Shown piece after piece: positions 1-14,887 of a stretch of 64,000 nucleotides of DNA (position 1 is the stretch's first letter; every line of letters starts with the position of its first letter). The DNA is taken from the NCBI RefSeq assembly GCF_009914755.1, contig NC_060936.1; one strand, written 5' to 3'. The translations under genes and the position numbers were made by a program. The notes beneath the pieces are model-generated. The model made no database searches. It was given only the letters and a program-made list of their open reading frames with translations, and was not told the DNA's origin. Source of the DNA: the human T2T-CHM13v2.0 reference genome, Homo sapiens.

Positions 1-1154
1 TCAATACAAGGACTGCCTCAGATACTGATGGGGAGGGGGTTTGCTCCTGCTTCTCTCCGTGGGCTCAACTAAGCCAGCATTAAAGCTGGAGACTCCTTCT
101 ACAGTATATCTTTCCTGCTAACTCCACGGGAGAAGAAAAGAAGCGGCATATGGCATCTGTTCTTACTTAAGAAAAAAAGAAAAAACTAACCTTATAAACT
201 CTAACTTTTAATGGGTTTAGTTTAAATGTAACAAACCAACCCTTGAGATACAGCATAAAAATTGAAGACTTTTTATGGTACTTTAATTATAATGAAGGGG
301 AATAGAACAGTCCCTCAGTAACCCCCTTTATTATGTTAGATGCTGAAAAGCAAACACACACAAAACAACATGGTTCTTTTGTTACCAAGGGGATGCCCTG
401 ATGGATGAAAAAGTGCATAGTGTACAATATGGATAATGATGTCTCTTGATCATAAACATATTCTTTCTCTTTTTAGAATGAGAAGAGTCATTTAAGTCCA
501 CTGCTTTGCAAATATGGAATCAGGGGTGCAATATATTGATGGTGTTCTGTGGAGGACAATGTGCAGAAGACATCTTAGACATATTGAAGACAAATTTTAA
601 GTGCATTTGGTATTCAGAAGAAACAGATTTTTAAAAGAGAACAAAAATTCTCTCCCAGATCATCAGATATAACAAGTTTGATGCTGCACCAGTGACATTT
701 TTTGTGTGTGAATGCAGCAGGAATCTGTTTCTCCTGAGTCCCCTGCTATTTATGAATGCAAAGAAGAAACCAACCTTCCCTTCCCTAATTGCACCTGGCA
801 AATAGTCAGAATGACAGATTGGGAATGTTCTTAGTCAGTAAATTCCTTAGACAGAGCCAAACGCCCTGACACACACAACAATTATATCTTCTCTCCCACC
901 TCCCACATACACAATCACCATAGCTGTCATTTCTACCACCATTGAGAAAATACCTAATCCATCCAGGTCTTCTCTCTATGAATGTCTTTATTTTCCAGCT
1001 TCATTCTTTTAATAAATATTTGTTAGTAGATATGCTTTGGAGTTTTAAAGTCAAATCCATTTCAAGATATTCCACCTATAACTTTGAGCAGGAAATGCAA
1101 TTATATGTTTCAGAATATTTTCTAATAGTCTTTGTGAGATTGGTTTTTTGGAAA

Positions 1155-1350
1155 AAGCACTGATTTTTGAATCTAGCTCTGCCAATTTTGTGATCTTAGA
1201 GAAGCAACTTAAGCTTTCTTGAACCTGTATTTTTGTATCCAAGAAATGGAAGTGATAATGCTTACTAATTTTCTCAAAGAGTTACTGTGATAAAATTAAA
1301 TAACATATATGAAAGTACATGGTAAACTAAAAAGTTTTCAAAATAATAAT
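1155..1350 (+). mobile_element. MIR SINE relic
   Basis: Degenerate MIR core (tctagctctgcca...tgtgatcttagagaagcaacttaagctttct...aaatggaagtgataat); boundaries approximate. Confidence 0.65.
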
Positions 1351-1525
1351 ACCATTTTTATTATTTCTATTATATGCAACTCTTTGCTTCTGACAAACCA
1401 GATCAAAGATTAAATTTACATCTGCTACCTGTGGCATTTTATACTTACAAAGTGGCACAAACATTTCCTATTTGTTTTATACTGTGTGTCTTCATGTCAG
1501 TTAACAGACAAGAGACAAAGCAGTC

Positions 1526-1889
1526 TGCTTTAGTCTGCTTAGATGGCTGTAACAAAATAAACTTAATTGAGTAACTTATAAACAACAGAAATTTATTTTC
1601 CACAGTTCTGGAGACTGGGAAGTCCAAGAACAAGGCACCAGTAGCTTCAGTGTCTGGTGAGGAATCACTTTCTGGTTCACAGATGGCAACTTCTCCCTGA
1701 GACCTCACACCGTGAAAGGGGTAAACAAGCCCTCCAGAATTTCTTTTATAAAGGCACTAATCTCATTCATGAGGGCTCTGCCCCATGACCTCATCACTTC
1801 CTGGAGGACCCACCTACTAACACCATCACCTTGGGGGTTAGGATTTCACCTTATAAATGTTGGGGAATACGAACATTCAGGCCAAAGCA
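1526..1889 (-). mobile_element. MLT1A/MLT1A0 solo LTR (ERVL-MaLR)
   Basis: TG...CA termini; MLT1A motifs (cacagttctggagactgggaagtccaag, taaggcactaatctcattcatgagggc); exact 5-bp TSD CAGTC at 1521-1525 and 1890-1894. Confidence 0.9.
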
Positions 1890-2329
1890 CAGTCCTTGGT
1901 CAAGTCTATGAAACAAGTAAGTGGGACATCTAGATTTAGAATACAGCTGTTCTTTAGAGCATATATAAATACAGTAATTCTATACTTTCAATGTTTAAAA
2001 ATTATCATATTTTATAAATCAAAATAGACTAAAATAACACTTTTCGGATCCAGGACCCAGAAGTTTAAACATCTCATTTGATGATTATCCCTTCCTTTTA
2101 TTCTTTTGTCTCTGTGTTTAACACTCTATCAAAACCCTAGTTAATTTTAATAATTAATTGGTAGACATTTGTCCCCATCTGTGCCAGTTTTATTATCTGG
2201 GAACTGAGTAATATAACACTTACTTCAGGGGTTTGCTATGAAGATTAAACAAAGTTATAGAGACAGAATCTTAGAACTCTTCCAAAAACAAGTAAGCATT
2301 GATCAGTATTACTACTTTTTCGTTAGTAT

Positions 2330-3130
2330 CATTCTCATTCAACAAATTGATTTATCACCCACCATGTGCCAGGCACTGTTATAAGGATTTAGGCTATAAA
2401 AGTTGACATAATAAACAAGATTCCAGCTCTTACAGAGTTTATATTCTGGTTTGAGGAAGGGGAAGACAGACAATAATCAATAAGCCTAATAATTGAGAGA
2501 GAATGATTATCACTATGGGAAAAATGTAGGGAAGGGGGAGTGCCATAGGCAGTGTTATGATTAGGGATGGGACAAATGTCCAAATTTAAACAGAGTAGTC
2601 AGGGTAAGTCTAATTGAAAAGATGACATTTAACACATGATTTGAAGAAATGTTTTAGCCATGCTCATATCTAGCAGAAGAATTATCCAGATAGAGGCAAC
2701 AGCCAGTGCAAAAACTCTCAGGCAAGAGTCTGTCTACAGTGTGAGAGTATTAAAGATCTCAGATTGCCTGGAGCAGACGGAGTAAGAGGACAGTGATAAC
2801 AGCTGAAGTCAAAGCGAGAACACCTTGTAAATCCCTGGAAAGACCTACACTTGGGGGGCAATTGGAGGATTCAAGAGATGAAGCTGCACCATCTGATTGA
2901 TGTTTCAAGATCCCACTACCTGTTGCATTGAGAGTATTCTCTATGGAGGTGAGGGTGGACACAGTGAGACCAGTTAGAAAGTGATTAGAGTATCAGAGGT
3001 GAGAGATGACGGAGGCTTGGACAAGGGGATAGCAGTGGGAATGGTGGTAAAAGGTTTGTGGATATATTTTGAAGGTAGAACCAACAGGATTGCCTTATGA
3101 TTTGGAGTTAGGATTTGAAAGAAGTCAGAA
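2330..3130 (-). mobile_element. L2 LINE 3' portion
   Basis: cattcaacaaa...atgtgccaggcactgt 3' end signature, followed by typical L2 body (gagagatgacggaggcttggac, gatatattttgaaggtagaaccaacagga). Confidence 0.8.
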
Positions 3131-5989
3131 AACAAGTTTTACAATGCCTTACTTCAATTTCTAGCCACAAAAAGTTCCAAGAGATTTAGTTGACCTACAC
3201 AGATTTTGAAGTTTGCAAAAGAAGGTAAGAATTAACAATAAAAATTAACATGGGCTTTCTTCAAACAACTTCAATATTGAAAAAAAGAATACCAAAGAAG
3301 GTTCAATTATTTTGCAAAGAGTGGAGGGGACTATTATCAAACATTTATTTTGCACCCCATGACTTATATTTATGTTATTGCCAGAGAGATAAGGATATAG
3401 TTGCAGATCGAGGAAAAAAGTGAGTTATATGGAGGTGAGACAGTAGAGTTTCTTGTTTAGTACAGACCGTGGAACCAGGCTACTTTGGGTGTGAATTCTG
3501 TTCTATTACTTACTAATAATTTAGCCCTGAACTCACAAGGTTATTGTAAGGATTAGACAAATTATTTTAAGAAAATAGTTTAGAATAATGTCTAGAAATT
3601 TGTGTCATGTAAGTGTTAGGTATTATTCTCTCTGTGTGTTTTGTGTGTATGTATGCATGTGTGTTGGGGTTGTTTTATGTTGTTCTTTTATTGCTATCTT
3701 ACACTTCCATTACTCAACAAGTTTGCAAAATGCTAGTTTATTAAGTTGTAAGTTGATCATTCTCTGAGGGACTGATTTATGCTCAACTCAGATGAATCTT
3801 ATTCATAAACCAATATAACAACTTAGTTGTTTTCTCTGAAATTAATACTGCCAAAATTACCGAACACACATGTCAGCAAGTATAAAATTCTCTTCCAGAA
3901 CATTCCTCCAACAATGGAAAAACAATATCAGAAAGCAAAAGGTGGTTGAAAACTTTAAAGAAAGTTCTTATAATGTTGTGGCAACTTGGTACATCATTGT
4001 TTCCTGTAAAAATACTTGGAAAAGAAACAGGAATCCTAATATCAGTTAGTTAGCAAAAATATTTTCTGGATAGTAATGGGGCCTACATAATTACCATTTT
4101 TCGATAGATCCCCATTTTTAATAGTGCTAGTATATGACAATCTGTATCTCTTCTTTGATTACAAAATCTCCTCCATTATTTTAATATGACTCCAGTGCGT
4201 GTGGTCATTTTCAGGATTTCAACCTATTTTGCATTAATTGTACTCATTACATGCGAATTGATAGTTTCCTGGTTGCCTAGTAATATTGAGGAGTACACAC
4301 CCACCTCATTAATAATATACACATAAGTCATGTTTCAAAGTGTATTATTTTTTGAAAGATATATGTAATCAACTAATTTAATGTGTGAATAAATTCTAGT
4401 TAGCTCCATCATATGAAGTTGTTTTTCCCAATTGTGAGTATCTAACTCCTATAACATAGTACTGTATTCTGATACTCACTGTTTACTTTTAGTAATTATG
4501 AAAGAAAGAAGGGGAAAGAAAACAAACAGTGTTGTCTAGGGATGGAATGTGGTTCTCCTTGAGATCTCCTAGTGAGAGAGGATTAAAAAACTATTGCTAC
4601 TTGGGCAAAGTTTTGCAGTATCAAACCCATCATATTCACCATGGGAGCCATATTCCAAAGGTCTGTGATCTCAAGATGACAGCTCAGAGCCCCAAAGTGA
4701 TAAAAAAAAATGCAGAGTTAGCTTCTTTTAATCATTAATCATTTTTGTGTCATTTGATTTTTCTCCTCATTTGTTTTAAACCCACCCAGACATTTTTGTT
4801 TTTCTTTTGAGTGCTCCCAGGCATTTGTTTTACCCAATGCAATTAAAAATTCATTATGTGATCCACAGGGTTCATCTGAATTTGGCACTGCTTTGGAAGT
4901 TTCAGTTATTTGTCTGGGCCAAGAGGAATTCTTTGAGAAGATAAAATATGGGATTTTAGCAATAATGATGTTGCTTTGGCTTATGCAAGTACTTAATTAG
5001 TGCTGCAGGAAAACACATCATTAACTTTCAATAATATTTTCTGGAACAGAAAATATAAAAGGCAAAGTTTATGTTATTTAGGGATACATTTACAACAAGG
5101 ATGTGCACATATACACAGTAACAAAATCAAAAGGAGCATTATACTATAAAAGAAAAAATGACTACTCCAAAGTGAAATTGATCACATTTATTAGATTATA
5201 TTATTAGAAGAATTGGAAATAATGTTGATTGGATCTAATGTTCTGATTCCACAAATTACTCTTACATGTGATGTTCGTTTTAAAGCCACTGCATGCATAT
5301 CTTATCAAATGCTGGGAAAATAAAACAATATTGCCAAGAAAAAAAAATTATTTTGTACCAATACAGAAGAAAGAACACAATTTATTATTGAGAAGCATTG
5401 TCAGATTTATATGGATGTAAGGTAGCATGAAAGTGACTACAAACTCTGGATAGAATTTCACACAAATTTACTGAGTAAAGTAGAAGAAAAACACAATGAA
5501 AATGTCTTGTATCTTCTTGAAAGATAAATACATGCACCTGGTGATTGTCCTCTGTAAAGTCCATAATGAAATCATGAATTGATTTGGAAGTATATTTGCA
5601 GTTCCAAAGAACAGAAAGGCCCAAGACTTTGCACTTTAAAATAAAAAGTTCAGGCCTCATATTAAGCCTATTATGTTTATAAACAGACACTCTAAGGACA
5701 GAATGGGGAGGTAGCTGCCTCCCTTGTTTTTATGAAACAAAGATAATTTAATTTCATCATTTCACCCTTACACAACTGAGAAGAGCAATTTGGATGATAT
5801 TTATTAAGAAATAGAGAGCCAAATAGACTGTATGTATATGCATATATTATGTGTGTGTGTGTAAGTTTCTTTCTTGCTTTCTTTGTAAATTACTGACTTT
5901 ACTGGATCATGAATGGTAGCTATAATTAATTTTACAGAATTTTAATATGGGTAGTCAATATATAATTAAAATCACTTTCCATATATTTG

Positions 5990-8815
5990 AAAGTCGTTTG
6001 TGTGGTTATATCAACTATACCATCTGCTGATTAAATTAGCTCAAATAAAAATATATATATATATATGTGAAACCACTTAATTGTGACAGAAAAAGTTTAA
6101 AAGATTCAAAACAAGGTTCTTATTAACTAAAAATAACCAACTGCAAATTTTAAATAAAATTGTAAAATATGTCATTCCAAATAACAAAACAACTCAGCAA
6201 ATACATACCGAAACATATACAACTGATATAAAGAAAATTATTAAAATGTATTAAGGGATATACATATGTCTATCAGTGGAGAAATATAACTTATTCTTGG
6301 CAAGAAAGATGCAACACTATAAATATATGATGTTTATAATAAACACTATTAAAAAATAAAATATAATACTATTAAAAAATAAAATATTATAAAGTCATAA
6401 ATATATGACTATTAATCTCTAAGTACGATAAAAATTCAGTGAAAAAGATACAATTTTTTCTGACAAAACAAAGTGTTTCTAAAGTTCAGCCAAAAGTATA
6501 CATTTTTGAGAAATCAGGAAATTCTGAAAAACTGAAAAACTTTTAGTCGTCTCTTTCTCATTTGTAAAATATACTGTGTAAAATTTTAGTAATTATTAAT
6601 GTTGTACTGTAATAGACATATATGGGATAAAAGAGATTTCAATATAACAGATTTTAAATTTAAAAAAGAATATAGATTTAAATGTGAATATTAAAACCAA
6701 AATTATAGGAAAAAATATGAGGGTTTTTTGATAATTTATTTTATTTTATAATTTCAACTTTTATTTTAGATTTGGGGGTAGGATTTCATGTGCAGGTTAC
6801 TTGAGTACATTGCATTATGATGAGGTCTAGCGTACAGCTGATCTTTTCACTCAGGTACTGAGTATAGTTCCTGGTAGTGTTTCAACCTTGCCTTCCTTCA
6901 CTCCTCAATAGCCCCCAATGTCTATTGTTGCCATCATCATGTCTACAATTACCCAATGTTTACTCCCACTTATAAGTGATAACGTGTTATTTTGTTTTCT
7001 GTTCCTGTGTTAATTCACTTAGAACAATGGGCTCCAACTGCATCCATGTTGCTGCAAAACACATGATTTTGTTCTATTTTATGGCTGCATAGTATTCCAT
7101 GGTGTATATGTACTAAATTTTCTTTACTCAGCCTGCTACCATTAAGTACATAGGTTCATTCCACATTGTTGCTATTGTGAATTGTGGTACAATAAATATA
7201 TGAGTGCTTGTGTTTTTTTGGTAAAACAATTTATTTTCTTTTGGAAATATACCTAATAACAGGATTCCTGGGTCAAATGGTAGTTCCATCTTATCTTTGA
7301 AAAATCTCCAAACTGCTTTCTGTACTGGCTAAAATCTCCAAACTGCTTTCCACACTGTCTGAACTAACATTCCCAACCAACAGTGTATAAGTGTTCCCTT
7401 TTCTCCACAGCCTTTCCAGCATCTGTTGTTTTTTGACTTTATTGTAATAACCATTCTGACTGGTGTGAGATAGTATCTCATTGTAGTTTTGATTTGCATT
7501 TCTCTGATGATTAGTCATGTGGAACTTTTTTTTTATGTGTTTCTTTGCCACTGTGTGTCTTCTTTTGAGAAGTGCCTGTTCATGTATTTTGCCCATTTTT
7601 AACGGGGTTGTTTTTTGCTTGCTGAATTGTTTAAATTTCTTATGGATTCTGGATATTAGACATTTGTCAGACATATGGTTTATGAGTATTTTCTCCTATT
7701 CTATAGGTTGTTTGTTCACTCTGTTGATAGTTTCGTTTGCTATGCAGAACTTTAATTAGATCCCACTTGCCAATTTTTGTTTTTGTTGCAGTTACCTTTC
7801 AGAACTTGGTCATAAATCTTTCCCCAAGATATGGTAAGTTTTAAAGTGGAATTTAGATGAGGAAAGGCTTTTTAATATATAACTAAATGTAGAGAGCAAA
7901 GGAACTTTGGTAGACTTAATTATAAAAATAAGTAAATAACAATTAAATTTCTCTATGGCAAAATGTATGACTAACAAAATTGTAATACAAATACTAAATT
8001 TGGAAAATAATATTTGCTACACATTTGACGGACAATAAACTGATAATTCTAGTATAGTATGCAAATAACTCTAAAATTAAAAGCACAAAACATTCAGGCA
8101 ATTTACAAAAAAATCAATTTTAATATAATATTTAAAAATTCAACTTGGCTAATTAATAGAGAAAATGAAATAAATACAAAATTGATTACATACTTTCTAT
8201 CTATCAGATGGACCCACCTCCCCCTAAAGAACAAAAAGATATAGAAAAGCACAAAATTGTGAATGTATCCTATCTTGTTGGTAAGAATGTAAATTAATGC
8301 ACACCTTTTAAAAACTCATTTGACAATGTTCACCAAAATTTAAATATATATTCACCATGACTCAGGAAATAATTCCAAGGAGATAATTGCCAAGTGGTTA
8401 AATATGTTTACTATATGAATGTTTATTGTTACATTGTTTTAACAGTGAACTATTGCAAACAAGCTTAATGTCCAAAACAGGGTCTGCTTAAATAAACAGC
8501 TGTAATATTCTGTATTTTAATTTATTTGAGTAAAGATATTTATCCTGGAATTCTTTAAAGTCTATTAAAATAATAAGGTATAGCTATACTGGTAGTGACA
8601 CAGAATTAATTTTCTGACACATTATTTAGTGAAAAAGAGCAGATAACAAAATAATATTTACAAAATAACCTCATTGATATAAAATTCATCTGTGTATTTG
8701 TGTGTGTGTGTCTGTGTGTGTCTGTGTAAATATATCCAAAGGGAGCCATTTGGAAAGATGAAAGATTTGAAGGTTTTCTCATCTAGTTTTTCTACATTCC
8801 AATGAGTATTCTTTT
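5990..8815 (+). mobile_element. Ancient L1M (L1ME-like) ORF2/3' relic, split by the L1PA15/16 at 6735-7830
   Basis: A-rich, highly diverged L1 ORF2 and 3'UTR-like motifs on both sides of the nested L1; boundaries approximate. Confidence 0.55.
6735..7830 (-). mobile_element. 5'-truncated L1PA15/16-type LINE-1
   Basis: T-rich tail, 3'UTR ttttagatttgggggta...tgaggtctagcgtacagctgatc, ORF2 C-terminal remnant (ORF 7291-7674); internal 20-bp direct repeat at 7301-7350. Confidence 0.85.
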
Positions 8816-8827
8816 AAAAAATTATAA

Positions 8828-11119
8828 TTGTGATGGATCACATAAACAGAACCAATGACAAAGAACACATGATTATCTCAATAGATGTAGAAAAGGCGTT
8901 CAGCGAAATTCAACAGCCCTTTATGCTAAAAACTTTCAATACACTAGGTATCGATGGAATGAATCTCAAAACAATAAGAGCTGTTTATGACAAACCCACA
9001 GCCAATATCATACTGAATAGGCAAAAACTGGAAGCATTCGCTGGGAAAACTGGCACAAGACAAGGATGCCTTCTCTCACCACTCCATTCAACATAGTATT
9101 GCAAGTTCTGGCCAGGGCAATCAGGCAAGTGAAAGAAATAAAGGGTATTCAATTAGGAAAAGAGGAAGTCAAATGGTCTCTGTTTGCAGATGACATAATT
9201 GTATATTTAGAAAACCCCATTGTCTCAGCCCAAAATCTCTTTAAGGTGATAAGCAACTTCAGCAAAGTCTCAGGATACAAAATCAGTGTGCAAAAACCAC
9301 AGTCATTCCTATACTCCATAAAAGAGAAGCAGAGAGCCAAATCATGAGTGAACTCATATTCACAATTGCTACTAAGAAAATAAAATACCTAGGAATACAA
9401 CCTACAAGGGATGTGAAGGACCTCTTCAAGGAGAACTGCAAACCACTGCTCAAGGAAATAAGAGAGGACACAAACAAATGGAAAAACATTCCAAGCTCAT
9501 GGACAGGAAGAATCAATATTGTGAAAATGGCAATACTGTCCAAAGTAATTTATAGATTCAATGCTATCCCCATTAACCTACCATTGACTTTCTTCATAGA
9601 ATTGGAAAAAAAACTTTAAAATTCATATGGAGCCAAAAAAGAGCCCACATAGCCAAGTCAATCCTAAGCAAAAAGGACAAAGATGGAGGCATCACACTAC
9701 CTGACTTCAAACTATACCATAGGCTACAGTAACAAAAACAGCATGGTACGGGTACCAAAACTGATATATAGACCAATGGAACAGAACAGAGGCCTCAGAA
9801 ATAATGCCACACATCTACAGCCATCTGGTCTTTGACAAACCTGACAAAAACAAGCAATGGGGAAAGGATTCCCTGTTTAATAAATACTGTTGGGAAAACT
9901 GGCTAGCCACATGCAGAAAGCTGAAACTGGATCCCTTCCTTACACCTTACACAAAAATTAACTCAATATGGATTAAAGACTTAAATGTAGGACCTAAAAA
10001 CGTAAAAACCCTAGAGGAAAACCTCGGCAATACCATTCAGGACATAGGCATGGGCAAAGACTTCATGACTAAAACCCCAAAAGCAATGGCAACAAAAGCC
10101 AAAATAGACAAATGGGATCTAATTAAATTAAAGAGCTTCTGCACAGCAAAAGAAACTATCATCAGAGTGAGCAGCCAACCACAGAATGGGAGAAAAATTT
10201 TGCAATCTATCCATCTGACAAAGAGCTAATATCCAGAATCTACAAAGAACTTTAACAAATTTACAAGAAAAAAATAAACTGCCCCATCAAAAAGTGAGAG
10301 AAGGATATGAACAGACACTTCTCAAAAGAAGACATTTATGCGGCCAACAAACATATGAACAAAAGCTCATCATCACTGATCATTAGAGAAATGCAAATCA
10401 AAACCACAATGAGATACCATCTCACACCAGTTAGAATGGTGATTATTAAAAAGTCAGGGAACAACAGATGCTAGAGAGGATGTGGAGAAGTAGGAATGCT
10501 TTTACACTGTTGGTTGGAGTGTAAATTAGTTCAACTATTGTGGAAGACAGTGTGGCGATTCCTCAAGGTTCTAGAACTAGAAATATCATTTGACCCAGCA
10601 ATCCCATTACTGGGTATCTACCCAAAGGATTGTAAATCATTCTACTATAAAGACACATGCACACGTATGTTTATTGTGGCACTGTTCACAACAGCAAAGA
10701 CTTGGAACCAACCCAAATGCCCATCAATGATAGACTGGAAAAGAAAATGCGGTACATATACACCATGGAATACTATGCAGCCATAAAAAAGGATGAGTTC
10801 ATGTCCTTTGCTGGGACATGGATAATGCTGGAAACCATCATTCTCAACAAACTGTCACAAGAACAGAGAACCAAACACTGCATGTTCTCACTCATAAGTG
10901 GGAGTTGAACAATGAGAACACATGGACACAGGGAGGGGAACATCACACAGTGGGGCCTGTCAGTGGGTGGAGGCTAGGGGAGGGATAGCATTAGGAGAAA
11001 TACCTAGTGTAAATCACGGGTTGGTGGGTGCAGCAAACCACCATGGCACATGTATACCTATGTAACAAACCTGCACGTTCTGCACATGTACCTTAGAACT
11101 TAAAGTATAATAAAAAAAG
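8828..11119 (+). mobile_element. 5'-truncated L1PA6/7 LINE-1 (RT domain to 3'UTR), frameshifted
   Basis: ORF2 fragments including the RT motif LFADD (9066-9347) and the C-terminus; 3'UTR and polyA; 12-bp TSD AAAAAATTATAA at 8816-8827 and 11120-11131 at an L1 EN TT/AAAA site. Confidence 0.95.
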
Positions 11120-11414
11120 AAAAAATTATAAGTAGAAATAAGGATGCTTTAATTTTAAAAAATCATTAATGAATTTAAAAATATATGCACATTTGTACCA
11201 GTATTGTTCAGAGAATGAAGAGTAGCTATTTTTTACACTGCTTGTGGGAGTATGAACTGTTTTGCAGTTGCTGAGGCAATATGACAATATACAACAAAAG
11301 TATTAGAACATGCAAATTCTTTCCCCACCGCTTTCAAACCTAGAAATTTCTTTTGCAAGAAATGTGAAGAAGGCGTCGTCCCTATTGTGAATGAGTTCTG
11401 TGAAGTAGAGAGGC

Positions 11415-11718
11415 TGGAGCAGTCACAGCCAGAGGGCCACAAGTGTGCTTGGTTTCACTCAAAAAAAAGTTTTTGTTTTATTCTAAATTTAAGCCAACGT
11501 TTAAAATTTGAATGTTTCACAGAAATTATGGGTTCCTAGTTTCTCTTAAAATTTCAGAAGATCTGGCACACTGGGGACAAATACACCCTTGACCATGAAC
11601 AGCTGGAACTAAGTATTGGCTGTCACTTTGAGACAGGCTTTGTGCTAGCAGGTCCCATCATTTCTATACTTATCTCATTTATTTTTACCAATTTGACCTT
11701 TACATTTGCAATTCCTGG
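11415..11718 (-). mobile_element. MER102 (hAT-Charlie DNA transposon relic)
   Basis: tcagaagatctggcacactggg...cagctggaactaagta matches the reverse complement of the recalled MER102 consensus. Confidence 0.65.
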
Positions 11719-12853
11719 GTTAAGGTATTTGCTAATCAACTAAAGAGAGACAATTCAATCTCAGGAACTTCCCCTGCATGTCTGAGATACTCAGTACTTT
11801 TGTCTAGAAGGAGTCTATTTTTTCATTTATTATTCTTTCTTGATCCCAGATCATGAGTCACTGACTTCTCCAGTGGTTTTATTATCTTATATTGTGTAAA
11901 CCAAACAGATTTACTCTTTGGTTTGGGGCCTGGAAATCTGAAGAGGATAGTGCATGGGCTTAACTGTTTAGTGGAATTTTCAATTCATCAAATGTTTTGC
12001 CTTTATATGTAGTAAAGTTTCTGGCTTTCCCCATTAGATACTTTTCTAATTACTTCATTCCAATTCATTATAGATTTGCTTTGGATGGAGACCAGGTCTA
12101 TTAACTCTCAATTTCATCAAGAGTCCCCGCAAAATTTTCAGTCTGCCAGTGCTTGTCCTTAAGCTATGCATTTCTGTAAGGGACATTTTTTTCCAAATAG
12201 CAACATGGCCCGATTTATATTGGAAATCTTTCAAATTGCATTAAACCGCTCTTGATTGAATTAGCAGTTTCCAAGCTTCTTTCTTACAGCTGTCATGGAG
12301 TAGAACTGCACAATCTGTTCAGCTGGTTCCAGGGCGGGTGTTTTGTCTTGACAAAAGGTTTTTTCTTTAAACCAGCCTGTCTGGAGATTGTATGTCTTCT
12401 TAGGAGAATTATGAGAGGAAATCAAGGAGAAACTTTTTTTTTTTTTTGGCACCAGCAACTGCAACTTTACTTTTAGCTTATCAGTTAGCCTAAATCCTCT
12501 GTGCTACCTGCTTAGCAGTTTAGCAAAACTAAAAATATGGTTCCTGAACCACACGGTACAAGGGGGGAACAAAACCTGAGCTCTGGAAAGCCAGATGCTT
12601 TTGAAAGAAGTTGAAACATATAAATAATAGAAATGGTTAATATAATATTTAACCATCTTTGTTGTGACTTGGTATTTAAGCCTTCCAATTTGCTGATGCT
12701 CATAAAAATGTTTTGGAGAAACTCTTATGGTAAAGGCCTGGACTGTATTGCTGGAGGGAAATTAGGAGGGTGGGAGAGAAATATCTTATTCTGTACACAA
12801 GGAAACTTACATCAGAAGAATTTAAGGGACCCTAACAGACCCGGGGTTGATTA

Positions 12854-13184
<331 letters not shown>

Positions 13185-13303
13185 TTAATCCTCTCCTATG
13201 CATTCAGGTCATCATAAAAATGATGCATCATTTAAACTGTAAAACTCCTGTCTTCTAGAAGCTTAAGATCAAGACAGGACCATGGGACTGCACCACTGTG
13301 TAT

Positions 13304-13340
13304 ACACACACACACGTACACACACACACACACACACACA
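13304..13340. repeat. (CA)n microsatellite
   Basis: Direct observation; one interruption. Confidence 0.95.
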
Positions 13341-14887
13341 AAATAAAACAAACATCACTTGAAGACAACAAAACTCTTCCAGATTAGGAAACCCTAGAGG
13401 AAATGTGTGAATCAACAAACCCTAATATGTTCATCTGAACCACCTGTAGGAAAAGAACAATAGGACATTCAAAAGTAAGTGAAAAGTCAACAATTTTTGA
13501 AAGGAGTTTACGGGCAATAAAATAATCATTAATTGTGAGAAAAGATAAGCAAAACAATACCTTTAGCATGTGACATGTGGCAGTTTCTGCTTGGTGAGAC
13601 GTGGATGAGTTTGAACATGAAACATTCTCATATGTCAGTCTCTGTGGCTGACAGGGCCTTGGGAGAAACTAACACTGAATGGAAGATATAGGACTGATCT
13701 GTAGAAAAGAACCCTACTCAGAGGTGAGATGCAGAGAAGGTAACTGGGTAATACAAAAATCCTCAAGTAAGGTGGTGAGGTTTTTGCTATCATCAATACA
13801 AAGATGTCCAATCTGGTGAACAGAAACAAGAGAGACATCCCAGGTGCAAACTCTCTTTGTGAGTCACGAGGGCAGGTAATTATGTTAGAAAATACCCAGA
13901 AAATTGCAGGCTCTTCCATTCATGTGGGTGATACGGGACAGGGTCCAACTCTGGGGAAGCAAGACTGGCAGAAGCCAAATAGTACAGAGATCTCTCTGGT
14001 CCTAGAAAGGGTCTAGGGTCCTGGGAGAGGAATTAGATCAACCAATTGTGGACATACTGTTGACCATTTGGATAGTGTTGGAAAATGGAACAGTTCTAAG
14101 GAATTGACAGACCAACAATTGAGTAATGACTTACTATACAATGAACAGATTTTATGACCTTTAAATGTGCTGATAAAGTCTAGTTCATGTGATACTTACA
14201 AATATTAAATGAGATATTAAAGATAAGATGCCTCATGTAGTCCCTGGCACACACAGAACTTCAGTAAGTGTTGTGTACTATGTAATTAGGGCACATATTG
14301 GTTTTCATTGGCCCCAAATTTTTATCAATGTTTGCACATTTATTTAAAATATGTTGTTCTGCAACATATCTCCATGTTGTAATTATTTAGGTAAACACAT
14401 AGTGAGGGGTTTCAGTTCATTGAGATACAGAAAGGAAATAATTTTATATATTTTAACAACCATGCAAAAATTCTTCTTACTGTCTGAGTATTCTCTCAAT
14501 TAACTACTGAAAGAGTTAGATATGCTTGTCCTAAGGAAGCAGGTCTGGAGGTTGGAAGGGAGACTGGGAGTTAGGAAACATCCCTTCGACAGTACCTTTG
14601 GGAAATTAATGCTTTTCTCTACAAACCTTTACTAAAAAAGTTTGAAGGGTGACCCATGTGCACATATTACTGTGTTTAAAATGTTAAAAGATGGCATGGT
14701 AGAGGCTTAGTCACCCTACTCCTGGTATGGCTAAGAACAGAGGATATTAACAACATTCAACAAAATTTATGGTACTACTAATATATAATGCAATAGAAAA
14801 CAAATATATTCCAATTTATTTTCTAAATAAGCTAAATTCTGCATTATAAACTCTATATAAATTATATATAATATATGATTTTATACA

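Noticed and set aside
5385-5690. 101-aa minus-strand ORF near an AATAAA
   Set aside because: Non-ATG start, no recognisable homology or exon structure; expected by chance
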